From a virus (taxonomy: Duplodnaviria > Heunggongvirae > Uroviricota > Caudoviricetes), in the IMG/VR virus record IMGVR_UViG_3300028914_000001, positions 29,489 to 93,488 of that record: DNA of 64,000 nucleotides, one strand, 5' to 3'. The notes below the pieces were generated by a model. It ran no database searches. It saw only the letters and a list, made by a program, of their open reading frames with translations, and was not told where the DNA came from. The position numbers and the translations under genes were made by a program. Of this stretch, positions 27,010-35,160 are shown piece after piece (positions within the stretch are counted from its first letter, which is position 1; the number at the start of each line of letters is the position of its first letter).

Positions 27010-27369
27010 ATGATTAAATCTACTATACAGCAACAGCTATTCGACAAATATGCACCTGACCCATCGGGTGGCACATGGAACATCCAGCGTCTTGCCGATA
27101 CAATATCCGATAGGCCATCCCCTTCTGGAGACATACTGCGAAAGTGGTTGTTCCGTCTTGATGAAACCTGTATCAAGACACGTATACACAAGGAGGGAAT
27201 TTACGAATTTATCGTGGCTAACGACTGCTGGCTCTTTATCAATGACCCCAACGATTTAAAGAATGGCGTTACATGGCGTACAAATAGCGTCGCCTGGGCC
27301 AATGCTACCGACCAAGATGTCGAACAGTGCCTGAACAACTTAACCGAGTATTTTAAAACCTTAAACTAA
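27010..27369 (+). CDS. hypothetical protein (119 aa)
   Basis: GGAGGTAACGGCAAT RBS. Confidence 0.55.
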   Translation: MIKSTIQQQLFDKYAPDPSGGTWNIQRLADTISDRPSPSGDILRKWLFRLDETCIKTRIHKEGIYEFIVANDCWLFINDPNDLKNGVTWRTNSVAWANATDQDVEQCLNNLTEYFKTLN

Positions 27370-27381
27370 ATAAAGGATACT

Positions 27382-28254
27382 ATGCTTCTAGGAGAACTTG
27401 TCCCCCTATACAAAAAACACGGCGACTTGCCCATCTACTACCGTGATTTCGACGGAATGATGATAGAGGCGGGCTGCCATTACATACACTCATCAATCCA
27501 GGGCTTCCACAAGCTGATTATCCCGTGCGACGAGATGGAAACTGTAATGCGTCTCGGCACAGGGAAGGTAGTGACCCGGCAGAAAGCCCAACCATGTACA
27601 TTAAAGACGGTTGTCGATGAAGCATCAGAGGAGTGCGACATCCCAGTCTATGTCAAGTATTTCACCGACACAGACTTCAACCCGAACAGCGCACGATGTG
27701 AAGTCATGGACGGAAAGCTGGTGTTCTACAACGACAAGGATGTCTGGGATGAATGCGAGAACTACAAGAAAAAGCGTGACGAAGCCCAGCGTGAGCGCAT
27801 GAAACAGAGCGGAGGCGCCTTCGATGTCCAGCTCCCAATCATTCGCAATGCTCAGCCTCAACTTCTCTCAACCCTACTCGTCGGGGTTGAACCGATTGAA
27901 GGCCCGCTTCCACGAGTAGACGTTACGGCAGGCGAGAAAAAAGAATCCAAAATGGAGGCCGCACACAGGCTGTACAACAGTTTCTGCGGCCCGTACAAGG
28001 AGAAACTGGATGCTGCACACAGGCTGTACAAGTCCACCGCATCTACTATAATGACCGAGCTCGAATTCTGGCAGGAGATGGCATACCGACTCGCCGAGAG
28101 CGCCGATACAGCAAGCCGAGCATCCAGAAGGGAACACGAGCATTTCCTTGCGTACCTGTCTGAACTGGATGCAAAGGAAAAGGAATTCAAGTTTCCACAC
28201 AAGTCCCCTACCGAAATCTTCAAGCAGTGGGAAGAAAAGAAGCCGTCGAAGTAA
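27382..28254 (+). CDS. hypothetical protein with an internal AAHRLY repeat (290 aa)
   Basis: AAGGATACT RBS. Confidence 0.6.
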   Translation: MLLGELVPLYKKHGDLPIYYRDFDGMMIEAGCHYIHSSIQGFHKLIIPCDEMETVMRLGTGKVVTRQKAQPCTLKTVVDEASEECDIPVYVKYFTDTDFNPNSARCEVMDGKLVFYNDKDVWDECENYKKKRDEAQRERMKQSGGAFDVQLPIIRNAQPQLLSTLLVGVEPIEGPLPRVDVTAGEKKESKMEAAHRLYNSFCGPYKEKLDAAHRLYKSTASTIMTELEFWQEMAYRLAESADTASRASRREHEHFLAYLSELDAKEKEFKFPHKSPTEIFKQWEEKKPSK

Positions 28255-28291
28255 AAATTCTGTTTACATTCATTATTTTTTCGCTCGTGTA

Positions 28292-28320
28292 TTGACACGG
28301 GCGATTTTATTATGTATATT
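28292..28320 (+). promoter_or_regulatory. sigma70-type promoter
   Basis: TTGACA-N17-TATATT followed by TAATTACGTAATTAA. Confidence 0.6.
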
Positions 28321-28349
28321 TAATTACGTAATTAAAACAAAGGAGGCCA

Positions 28350-28484
28350 CATGGCTGAGAACAATAACGAACAGGTTCAAGAAACCACACAGACCGCTTT
28401 CGAACGCAGTCTGAGTGGCGAATCCATTCAGGAAAGCATCATGGCTATGGCCCACCTCAACGACATGTCCAAGTGGGACGAATA
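28350..28484 (+). CDS. small hypothetical protein (44 aa), not in the ORF track
   Basis: GGAGG RBS 6 nt upstream of the ATG. Confidence 0.4.
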
Positions 28485-28501
28485 AATAAAAAGGAGACAT
28501 T

Positions 28502-28870
28502 ATGCCTACAATCACATCATCAGATATCATTTCCTATTACGCATCCTTGTCTGAATTCGGTCGTCACCGTCTCTTTGAAGGCATCCGATTCGATAGCGGA
28601 AAGGGAAAGTTCGTCAAACTGCCTTACCCCACTGGCAGCCACTTCGATAGCCGCATCGGTCAATTCGTCAAGGGAGAACCCGAAGCCATCGAAATTCCCG
28701 AACCCGATTGGGAAAATCGACATGGCCAGTACAGCATGGTCCTCAAAGTTGTCGACCCGTGCCATGATTTACCCGTGGAAAAAATCAGTGACAGGAATTC
28801 CAAGTTGATGTGCAACGACGATTACTACAAGGAGTCCTTGCACAAACTCTTGGCAGAACACGGCTATTAG
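28502..28870 (+). CDS. hypothetical protein (122 aa)
   Basis: AAAAGGAGACATT RBS. Confidence 0.55.
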   Translation: MPTITSSDIISYYASLSEFGRHRLFEGIRFDSGKGKFVKLPYPTGSHFDSRIGQFVKGEPEAIEIPEPDWENRHGQYSMVLKVVDPCHDLPVEKISDRNSKLMCNDDYYKESLHKLLAEHGY

Positions 28871-28880
28871 GAGACATCGT

Positions 28881-29096
28881 ATGCCCGTATATATTGGTGA
28901 AGGTCCGAGAGAGAAGTATTGGCAGGACAGTCAAGGCAAATGGCATCACGCTCTCGGGAACGGCAATTCATTCGACACAAAGGAAGCTGCCGAAGATGAT
29001 TACAAGAGCCAGGGTCATGTAGGGTGGGTAGAAACCCCGCAAGGCTTCATCTGCATGGTGGCACTATTCCTGATTCTACTATTCCTTTGTCACTAA
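28881..29096 (+). CDS. small protein with a C-terminal TM helix (71 aa)
   Basis: TAGGAGACATCGT RBS. Confidence 0.5.
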   Translation: MPVYIGEGPREKYWQDSQGKWHHALGNGNSFDTKEAAEDDYKSQGHVGWVETPQGFICMVALFLILLFLCH

Positions 29097-29106
29097 AGGA
29101 GGAACA

Positions 29107-29346
29107 ATGTATAATGAACAATTAGCAAAGATGCTGGCCGAATATCTTAAAAAAGACCTTGTTTCGGTCAGGATTAGCGGAACCAATAAGCATCTGAAAA
29201 TCATCAATGTCGAGGACAGCTGCGATGTGGGGATGCTTGATATCGTGGTAAAACCCTTTACGGATGAAATCAATTATTACTCGGAAACCCATGACTACGC
29301 AAACATAATTGAGAAGTCCGAGAAAGACGAAAACAGGATGGCTTAG
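29107..29346 (+). CDS. hypothetical protein (79 aa)
   Basis: AAAGGAGGAACA RBS. Confidence 0.5.
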   Translation: MYNEQLAKMLAEYLKKDLVSVRISGTNKHLKIINVEDSCDVGMLDIVVKPFTDEINYYSETHDYANIIEKSEKDENRMA

Positions 29347-29361
29347 CCATCCTTTATTTTA
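29335..29361. terminator. bidirectional rho-independent terminator
   Basis: AGGATGGC-TTA-GCCATCCT hairpin followed by TTATTTTAT; both stop codons lie inside the hairpin. Confidence 0.7.
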
Positions 29362-29543
29362 TCCCATCTTTTTGATAGTTCATTAACCTTGTCAGCCATC
29401 TTCTGCTCATAATAGGCGGTAGATGACACACAGGCGTCAGGATACTTGTCCACCAGAGGCTGCAGGTCAGCTTCGTCGTAGACAGGGATAGAATCCTTCG
29501 TTCCGTAACCGTTAGGATATACGATGAATACTGGACTGGACAT
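29343..29543 (-). CDS. hypothetical protein (66 aa)
   Basis: GTAGGAGGAAT RBS followed by ATG inside the track ORF. Confidence 0.45.
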   Translation of the reverse strand: MSSPVFIVYPNGYGTKDSIPVYDEADLQPLVDKYPDACVSSTAYYEQKMADKVNELSKRWDKIKDG

Positions 29544-29550
29544 ATTCCTC

Positions 29551-29871
29551 CTACGACCAGGTGATGACGTAGTACACCTTGTCCTTCTCGGCTCCCCACG
29601 CCGGGTTTCCCGTCCGCATTTCAATCTTTGGGTTCTTGAACACCATGCGGCGAGACATGTCGTCAGCCTTTGGATAACCCAGGGTAAACACAAGGGTATC
29701 AAACTCCCTCGGAACATCGGGAATGGATATGCGCCCATCGGCATAGTCAATAACTGGTCGCATCAACCGCTTGGTCCAGAACGGCTTGATTTCACGGTAC
29801 TCTTCCGTTTTCACCCCGCTCTTAATCAAGTCGAACCATTTCTTTTTCAAAGTAAGGGTAAGCGTAGCCAT
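29551..29871 (-). CDS. ASCH-domain protein (PUA-like fold)
   Basis: LKKKWFDLIKSGVKTEEYRE is a typical ASCH N-terminus; GAGAGGAAGG RBS. Confidence 0.45.
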   Translation of the reverse strand: MATLTLTLKKKWFDLIKSGVKTEEYREIKPFWTKRLMRPVIDYADGRISIPDVPREFDTLVFTLGYPKADDMSRRMVFKNPKIEMRTGNPAWGAEKDKVYYVITWS

Positions 29872-29872
29872 A

Positions 29873-30181
29873 TCAATAATCCTTCCTCTCGCTCATGTAC
29901 TTATGATAGCTGTTGATATACTTCTTGGCATATTCCAGCAAATCAAATCTAATTTCATTGACATTACATACGTGATAATTGCCACGACCCCCATATGTGT
30001 CGCCACAACCCATTTCGCCCGTATTTTTATCAAGGACGATAAAATATTCCAGCAAGGGAACATCCGGGAGCTTGAAGAGATAACTGCGGGGTTCTTTCTC
30101 CATCACCCATGTATGTTCCGTACAAATAAACCCGAGCGGTTCAAGGATTTCTTTAAGCTTATCTACATTCCACTCAGCCAT
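29873..30181 (-). CDS. hypothetical protein (102 aa)
   Basis: AAAGAAGGTCTGAT RBS. Confidence 0.55.
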   Translation of the reverse strand: MAEWNVDKLKEILEPLGFICTEHTWVMEKEPRSYLFKLPDVPLLEYFIVLDKNTGEMGCGDTYGGRGNYHVCNVNEIRFDLLEYAKKYINSYHKYMSERKDY

Positions 30182-30182
30182 A

Positions 30183-30455
30183 TCAGACCTTCTTTACCCC
30201 GAAACGCAGCATATTGTATTCCTTCAACGCCTGTCTCTCCATGCGGTTCTTACGCATTTGGAGTTCGGCGTTCTTGCCATGCCCGAGAGCGCTGATGATA
30301 AAACTGAGGTCTGTGGTGGACTTGCGGTTCCTGCTCAGCACTCGCTTGGCAAGATATATAGCATAGTCGTATTCCGTATCGAATACAAGGTTCTTCTTCT
30401 CGTCGACAAAATACGGGTTGCCGACAAGGTCCAACTGATGTTTGGCTTTTTTCAT
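30183..30455 (-). CDS. hypothetical protein (90 aa)
   Basis: AAGGATTTCAC RBS followed by ATG (MKKAKHQL...). Confidence 0.5.
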   Translation of the reverse strand: MKKAKHQLDLVGNPYFVDEKKNLVFDTEYDYAIYLAKRVLSRNRKSTTDLSFIISALGHGKNAELQMRKNRMERQALKEYNMLRFGVKKV

Positions 30456-30480
30456 GTGAAATCCTTTTATGTTTCCATTA

Positions 30481-30509
30481 AATATAGAAAATAAAAAGAC
30501 GGTTGTCAA
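30481..30509 (-). promoter_or_regulatory. sigma70-type promoter
   Basis: TTGACA-N17-TATATT. Confidence 0.55.
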
Positions 30510-30513
30510 CTTA

Positions 30514-30705
30514 TTAGATTGAACCTACGGAATCGTTCTTAAATACAGAGTATTCTCCGTGCAGCCCGTCGAGTTTCCATGATGTGACAATGGCCTTTAC
30601 ATCCTTTGTCGTATCAGCCAGTCCGAACTTAGCACCACGCTTTGTTGTGGCCCCAAGAATAACGAAATATTTAGACCCAGTATCTAGCAAATGCCCTTTG
30701 CTCAT
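30514..30705 (-). CDS. hypothetical protein (63 aa)
   Basis: TAAGGAGGTTGAC RBS. Confidence 0.5.
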   Translation of the reverse strand: MSKGHLLDTGSKYFVILGATTKRGAKFGLADTTKDVKAIVTSWKLDGLHGEYSVFKNDSVGSI

Positions 30706-30726
30706 GTCAACCTCCTTATATTAATA

Positions 30727-31320
30727 TTATATATTTTCCCTTATCTGTTTCAGGCACTCGTCGATACTCTTCATATGCTTTCGTATATTCGCAACCGACA
30801 TGCTTTTTCTTGCCATAGGGTTCCTAGCTATAAACGCATAATTAGGGTCGACTCGACAGAAGCCTTCATCCCGTTTAGCTTTTCTCAACTGGATTACGGC
30901 ATCGTCCATCAACCTCATCGCCGTACACAGGTCATATACTTCAGCCCCAAGTCCTATACCTTGCAGCATTTCCTTAAGCTCTGTCATCAGATATGTTCCG
31001 TTAGGACTATTCGACAAATTAGAATCCTCGGTTGCCATTCTGAACGGGTTAAGCATGGAGTCCACCTTATCCAGCATCCTCTTGATTCTCTGTATCTTCA
31101 GGTCTTCTTCCTTGGGTGCTTCGGTGAAGGCAGAACCCTCTGTATTAGGCTCATCAGGGCTCTCAGGAACATCCTGGATATCAGCATGGGTTTCATCATT
31201 TTCTGGGTCAAGCGTGGACTCGAACAGGGAAATGACAGTGTCTTCCTTATCTTTCGACATGCCAAGTTTATGAACGCTTTCCAAGAACAACTTTTTGCGG
31301 AATTGATTGTCGCAGAACAT
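30727..31320 (-). CDS. hypothetical acidic protein (about 197 aa)
   Basis: Track ORF; GTG at 31338 or ATG at 31320 as start. Confidence 0.5.
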   Translation of the reverse strand: MFCDNQFRKKLFLESVHKLGMSKDKEDTVISLFESTLDPENDETHADIQDVPESPDEPNTEGSAFTEAPKEEDLKIQRIKRMLDKVDSMLNPFRMATEDSNLSNSPNGTYLMTELKEMLQGIGLGAEVYDLCTAMRLMDDAVIQLRKAKRDEGFCRVDPNYAFIARNPMARKSMSVANIRKHMKSIDECLKQIRENI

Positions 31321-31347
31321 AGTATAAACCAAATTCACTTGACTATA

Positions 31348-31387
31348 GTTTATATAATAAAAACCCGCACGGAAGTTCCGTACGGGC
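31348..31387 (-). terminator. rho-independent terminator
   Basis: CCCGTACGGAA/TTCCGTGCGGG hairpin followed by TTTTTATTAT on the minus strand. Confidence 0.65.
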
Positions 31388-31401
31388 CATTTAAATTGGA
31401 T

Positions 31402-31515
31402 TTACTTGGAGTTCTTTTCCTTTCTCAGCTCATGGTTCTCTTTCAAGATGTCAATAAGCTTGCAGGTCAGGATTCCCATTAAAAATCCTACACAAACACC
31501 AATCAGTACAATCAT
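31402..31515 (-). CDS. tiny membrane protein (37 aa), coupled to the SPFH gene
   Basis: ATGA overlap with the SPFH stop; single TM helix. Confidence 0.4.
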   Translation of the reverse strand: MIVLIGVCVGFLMGILTCKLIDILKENHELRKEKNSK

Positions 31516-32459
31516 TCTTCCAACCTGCTCATGTTGATTCCCGAGAAGTTCGGCGTGATTGTGTTGGCTTCTGCGCCAGGGAACTTTCCGTTCCACCTTT
31601 CGAGACGGGCCATTGTTTCTTCATGCTTCCATGCGCTCTGTTGGATTGCATAGTTGGCTGCAATAGCCTTGTTCTTGGCAATCATAGCCTTAGCTTCGGC
31701 TTCGGCTTCCACGATGGTCGCCTGGGCGTTACGCTTAGCGATTTCGAGTTCGTTTTCGGCCTTGTTAAGAGCGTTACGGTAGGTGGCAGAGTCGGCCTGC
31801 AACTGGGCACGGGCGGTAACAACCTTCTTTTCGTTGATAGCCTTTTCGATTTCCACATCAGCCTTTGCAGTCTTTTCCTTCTGCGTCTTAATCATGGTCT
31901 CCTTAATCTGATTATCGAAGTCATCCGTCCAATCCCAGTTGGAAATGTTCACGTCCTGAATCGTAATCGGCATCTTGGCGCACTTGACTTCCATCATCCT
32001 CTTCAACTCGTCGGAAATCTTGTCGGTTTCCTTGGTCAAGTCGTAGATGGAGTACTTGCCGATGACAACCTTCAATGTGGCCTTCATGTTGGACTTGAAG
32101 AAGCTTTCCAATGAAGACTTTGTGTAGTTGCGGACGAAGTTTTCGGCTTCGTCTTCGTTGAACGCATAGATGATTGACATGGAAACGCCCACCGTCTGCA
32201 TGTCCTTAGTGATTGCACCGTCATCGCCCACGGCATAGGTGAAGTCATCCTTCTGCGGGGAGAGTTCGATTGTGGTTACACTCTGGACGACCGGAATCTT
32301 GAAGGTAACGCCGTTTCCACGGGGAATAGTGCCAGAAATCTTACCCAAGGTCTTGACGACGGCAACTTCGTTCGGTTCCACGTTCGTGAAAGAGAAGAGG
32401 GCGCCAACACCAAGTACGGCGATAACGGCGACGATGATGAATACTTTGAGCTTACTCAT
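31512..32459 (-). CDS. SPFH/band-7 (prohibitin/HflK/C-like) membrane protein
   Basis: N-terminal TM, PHB-like core and a long Ala/Glu/Lys coiled coil; AAAGGAAAACACA RBS. Confidence 0.75.
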   Translation of the reverse strand: MSKLKVFIIVAVIAVLGVGALFSFTNVEPNEVAVVKTLGKISGTIPRGNGVTFKIPVVQSVTTIELSPQKDDFTYAVGDDGAITKDMQTVGVSMSIIYAFNEDEAENFVRNYTKSSLESFFKSNMKATLKVVIGKYSIYDLTKETDKISDELKRMMEVKCAKMPITIQDVNISNWDWTDDFDNQIKETMIKTQKEKTAKADVEIEKAINEKKVVTARAQLQADSATYRNALNKAENELEIAKRNAQATIVEAEAEAKAMIAKNKAIAANYAIQQSAWKHEETMARLERWNGKFPGAEANTITPNFSGINMSRLEE

Positions 32460-32484
32460 TGTGTTTTCCTTTGTTGAGGTGATT

Positions 32485-32504
32485 GATTAGATTAGATTAG
32501 ATTA
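32485..32504. repeat. (GATTA)4 microsatellite
   Basis: gattagattagattagatta between the SPFH RBS and the upstream stop. Confidence 0.8.
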
Positions 32505-32751
32505 AACCATCGAAGGCACCTAGCCCCGCATACAAACTGATTATGCGTCTAGCATTGTTGCTTTCGGCACGCTCCAACCGGGCTGCAGCCTCTGGGTAAA
32601 TCAGTTGGTGCTCAACATTTTTCAACCCGAAGATGGCATCCCTTGTGCGGTCAAAGTGTTCCTCGTCAGATGCAAAGAATCGTTTGCACCAGCCGATATG
32701 AATCCATTTGCCACGATATTCGTATTGGAGGTAGGTGTGCTTCATGTACAA
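32497..32751 (-). CDS. hypothetical protein (84 aa)
   Basis: First gene after the promoter at 32753-32781. Confidence 0.5.
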   Translation of the reverse strand: MYMKHTYLQYEYRGKWIHIGWCKRFFASDEEHFDRTRDAIFGLKNVEHQLIYPEAAARLERAESNNARRIISLYAGLGAFDGLI

Positions 32752-32752
32752 A

Positions 32753-32781
32753 AATATAGCACATTAAAAGTCGGCTGTCAA
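32753..32781 (-). promoter_or_regulatory. sigma70-type promoter
   Basis: TTGACA-N17-TATATT. Confidence 0.55.
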
Positions 32782-32784
32782 GGG

Positions 32785-33102
32785 TTATCCCTCCTTTTCT
32801 TTAAAATCTTCTGAAGAAAATTCAGTCGACTTCGTTGGAGGATTGTCTTTCCGATTCCTTCTCTCAACAAGAAGGACATTCTCTCGGACAATGTCCACGG
32901 CATCTTCCTTAGTGTAGTAGATAGTAGTTCCACCATAGATTTCACGCTTCTTGTATTTATGTACACAGTCATAAAAGCTATAATCGACAGGAAACCACCA
33001 GAACAGGCCTTTCTCCTTGATATAGTACATCAGACGGTCGTACTCGGGACAATAAAATTCAACAACCTTGTACTTCTTAGGTTTCTTTTTAAACCATTCC
33101 AT
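32785..33102 (-). CDS. hypothetical protein (105 aa)
   Basis: AAGGGGTATGAC RBS. Confidence 0.55.
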   Translation of the reverse strand: MEWFKKKPKKYKVVEFYCPEYDRLMYYIKEKGLFWWFPVDYSFYDCVHKYKKREIYGGTTIYYTKEDAVDIVRENVLLVERRNRKDNPPTKSTEFSSEDFKEKEG

Positions 33103-33122
33103 GTCATACCCCTTGCACTTTG

Positions 33123-33491
33123 TTATCCCTTATCAGCCTCTGGTTTGAAACTGTATATAAGGGCGATATTGCCGATACGTTTCTTGAACTCGTCAAGCCC
33201 AACCCCGAGCTGCAATCTCGTGCGGTACGTGTTGAAACGGATGCTGCCGTCTTGCTCGGCAAACACGTCATCTGCCGGGATTGAAACCCATTTGCCGAAC
33301 GCCAGGTAAATCTGGCGGTGCATCATGTCGATAAATACGTCCCGACGGAAAAGGCTTTCGTGCCTCATCCTCTTGGCGACATCGACCATCGCACCGACAA
33401 TATTGTCGAACTTGCAGTTGGAGGTGTCCATCTTGGCACCAGCCCTCAGGTCTTTAAGTATTTCTTCATCAACCGCTTCTGAACTGCTCAT
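33123..33491 (-). CDS. hypothetical protein (122 aa)
   Basis: CGGAGTAAAT RBS. Confidence 0.55.
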   Translation of the reverse strand: MSSSEAVDEEILKDLRAGAKMDTSNCKFDNIVGAMVDVAKRMRHESLFRRDVFIDMMHRQIYLAFGKWVSIPADDVFAEQDGSIRFNTYRTRLQLGVGLDEFKKRIGNIALIYSFKPEADKG

Positions 33492-33493
33492 AT

Positions 33494-34687
33494 TTACTCC
33501 GATGCCTTGAAGTTATATACAGGCTTGATTGTTTCGACAATATCGCAACTGTCCTTGATGTTCTCGATGATTTCCTTTGCTGGCTTGTAAGCCATCGGGG
33601 ATTCATCCAAAGTGGATTTATTTACACATGTACTGTAAATGCCACGCATGGACTTCTGGTACGCTTCGAGCGAGATGCTTTCCTTCGCATGAGAGCGTGA
33701 CATCTTTCTTCCTGCTCCATGCGGTGCAGAGAAGTTCCAATCAGAGTTTCCCTTGCCCGTGCAAATAAGAGCCCCGTCCCTCATGTTCATAGGAATAATC
33801 AGGCGTTCGCCTTCCTGTGCGGATACAGCTCCCTTACGGAGAATCATGTGCTTCATGTCGATGTAATTATGCAAGGTGCAGAACTTGTCCACGACATGCA
33901 GACGGAGCGCCCTGACAATCTCTTCAAGCATCGCTTCACGGTTACGTGTTGCAAAGTCCTGTGCCAACGCCATGTCATGCAGATATCCGTCGAACGACTT
34001 GCCAGTGAGGTAAGACAGTTCCTTCGGGGGAGGGAAATGAGGGATGCTTGCCAACGCTGCGGGAAGCTCGTCTTCACGACCCTCACTCTTATACTTGGCT
34101 ATTATGGCACCACGCTGCTGAGTCAGGTCGTTGCATTCGTCGATTGCAACTCCCTGCCAGTAATCACAGGTTGCCAACCCAAGATGTCGGGAACCTGAGT
34201 GGATTACGATGTACAGGTTACCATGAGAATCCTTGTCGCATTCGCAGAAGTGATTGCCTCCGCCCAAACTTCCAAGCGACAACAACTCGGTATATTCCAT
34301 CTTCCCTTCCTTGTAGACAATCATATCCTCGATAGGAAAGTCCTTTGCCATCGAGTGCTTGCTTTCACGATGGGACTTCCCAGACGGAATCCTTTCACGG
34401 ATAACCTTGTCCAATTTATCAAAATCAACCGAACGGTCTTTCAACTTGGCAACAAGCATACCACACCCAATGTCCACCCCGACGAGATTAGGCACAATCT
34501 TGTCCTTAATCGTCATGGTAGTGCCAACGGTGCAGCCCTTCCCAGCATGCACATCGGGCATGATTCTAACCTGCATGTCCTTAGCCCAGCACTGACACAT
34601 CATGTTCAACAACTGTGTATATGCATCTGGGTCGATATTGTCGCTGAATACCTTGGCGGTATTAAACCTACCCTGTATATCAATCAT
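33494..34687 (-). CDS. rtcB: RtcB-family RNA 3'-phosphate/5'-OH ligase
   Basis: MPDVHAGKGCTVG, GGGNHFCE, HSGSRHLG and SAPHGAGR signature blocks; ATG at track residue 7. Confidence 0.9.
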   Translation of the reverse strand: MIDIQGRFNTAKVFSDNIDPDAYTQLLNMMCQCWAKDMQVRIMPDVHAGKGCTVGTTMTIKDKIVPNLVGVDIGCGMLVAKLKDRSVDFDKLDKVIRERIPSGKSHRESKHSMAKDFPIEDMIVYKEGKMEYTELLSLGSLGGGNHFCECDKDSHGNLYIVIHSGSRHLGLATCDYWQGVAIDECNDLTQQRGAIIAKYKSEGREDELPAALASIPHFPPPKELSYLTGKSFDGYLHDMALAQDFATRNREAMLEEIVRALRLHVVDKFCTLHNYIDMKHMILRKGAVSAQEGERLIIPMNMRDGALICTGKGNSDWNFSAPHGAGRKMSRSHAKESISLEAYQKSMRGIYSTCVNKSTLDESPMAYKPAKEIIENIKDSCDIVETIKPVYNFKASE

Positions 34688-34694
34688 AATAAAC

Positions 34695-35051
34695 CTATCT
34701 ACCAATCAATTCTTTTTTATAACCATAGGCAATATCAAATGCCTTACCCATCTCAATCGCCGCTCGGATAGCCTTCTTGATGTCATTATCCTTCACAACG
34801 CAGTCGTACAGATTTCCGAACGCAACTGGACTCGAATACTCCCGGTCACGAGTACGTATTTCACTCCACATGAGTGTATTGCCGTCATTAGTATCCTTGT
34901 CCTTGTAGAAAGACATGTTCAAAACGGTGTTATTGAACGTGATATTCAACATGCTACCGTCAGCAACTACTCCACAGTCAGGCAGATAGTGCATAGCGAA
35001 ATCAAGGTCATCCTTCTTGATTCGCAAATATTGAAGATTCCGTCGTGCCAT
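34695..35051 (-). CDS. hypothetical protein (118 aa) immediately upstream of rtcB
   Basis: GAAAAGGAATACT RBS; the track ORF N-terminus runs over the tRNA-like sequence. Confidence 0.5.
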   Translation of the reverse strand: MARRNLQYLRIKKDDLDFAMHYLPDCGVVADGSMLNITFNNTVLNMSFYKDKDTNDGNTLMWSEIRTRDREYSSPVAFGNLYDCVVKDNDIKKAIRAAIEMGKAFDIAYGYKKELIGR

Positions 35052-35071
35052 AGTATTCCTTTTCAAAAAGT

Positions 35072-35145
35072 TAATCGGGCAGGTGGGATTCGAACCCACA
35101 CTGAAGGGGGTTTAAACCCCATTCCTCTACCAGTTGGGTTACTAC
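35072..35145 (-). tRNA. tRNA-like gene (74 nt, anticodon UAA, Leu-type reading) with a weak D-arm
   Basis: 7-bp acceptor stem with one G-U; canonical GTGGG-TTCGAAT-CCCAC T-arm; anticodon loop TTTAAAC; D-stem pairs poorly. Confidence 0.45.
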
Positions 35146-35160
35146 CCGAACCAATTCAAT

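Noticed and set aside
35100-35125. Alternative fold giving anticodon UUA (ochre suppressor tRNA)
   Set aside because: It leaves only 3 bp in the anticodon stem, whereas the UAA-anticodon fold gives 4 G-C pairs.
35060-35150. tRNA-like element as a phage attP core (3' tRNA fragment)
   Set aside because: No integrase or excisionase gene is recognisable in the window, and the 5' acceptor strand is complete, so a complete although odd tRNA gene is the simpler reading. The possibility is kept only as a minor alternative.
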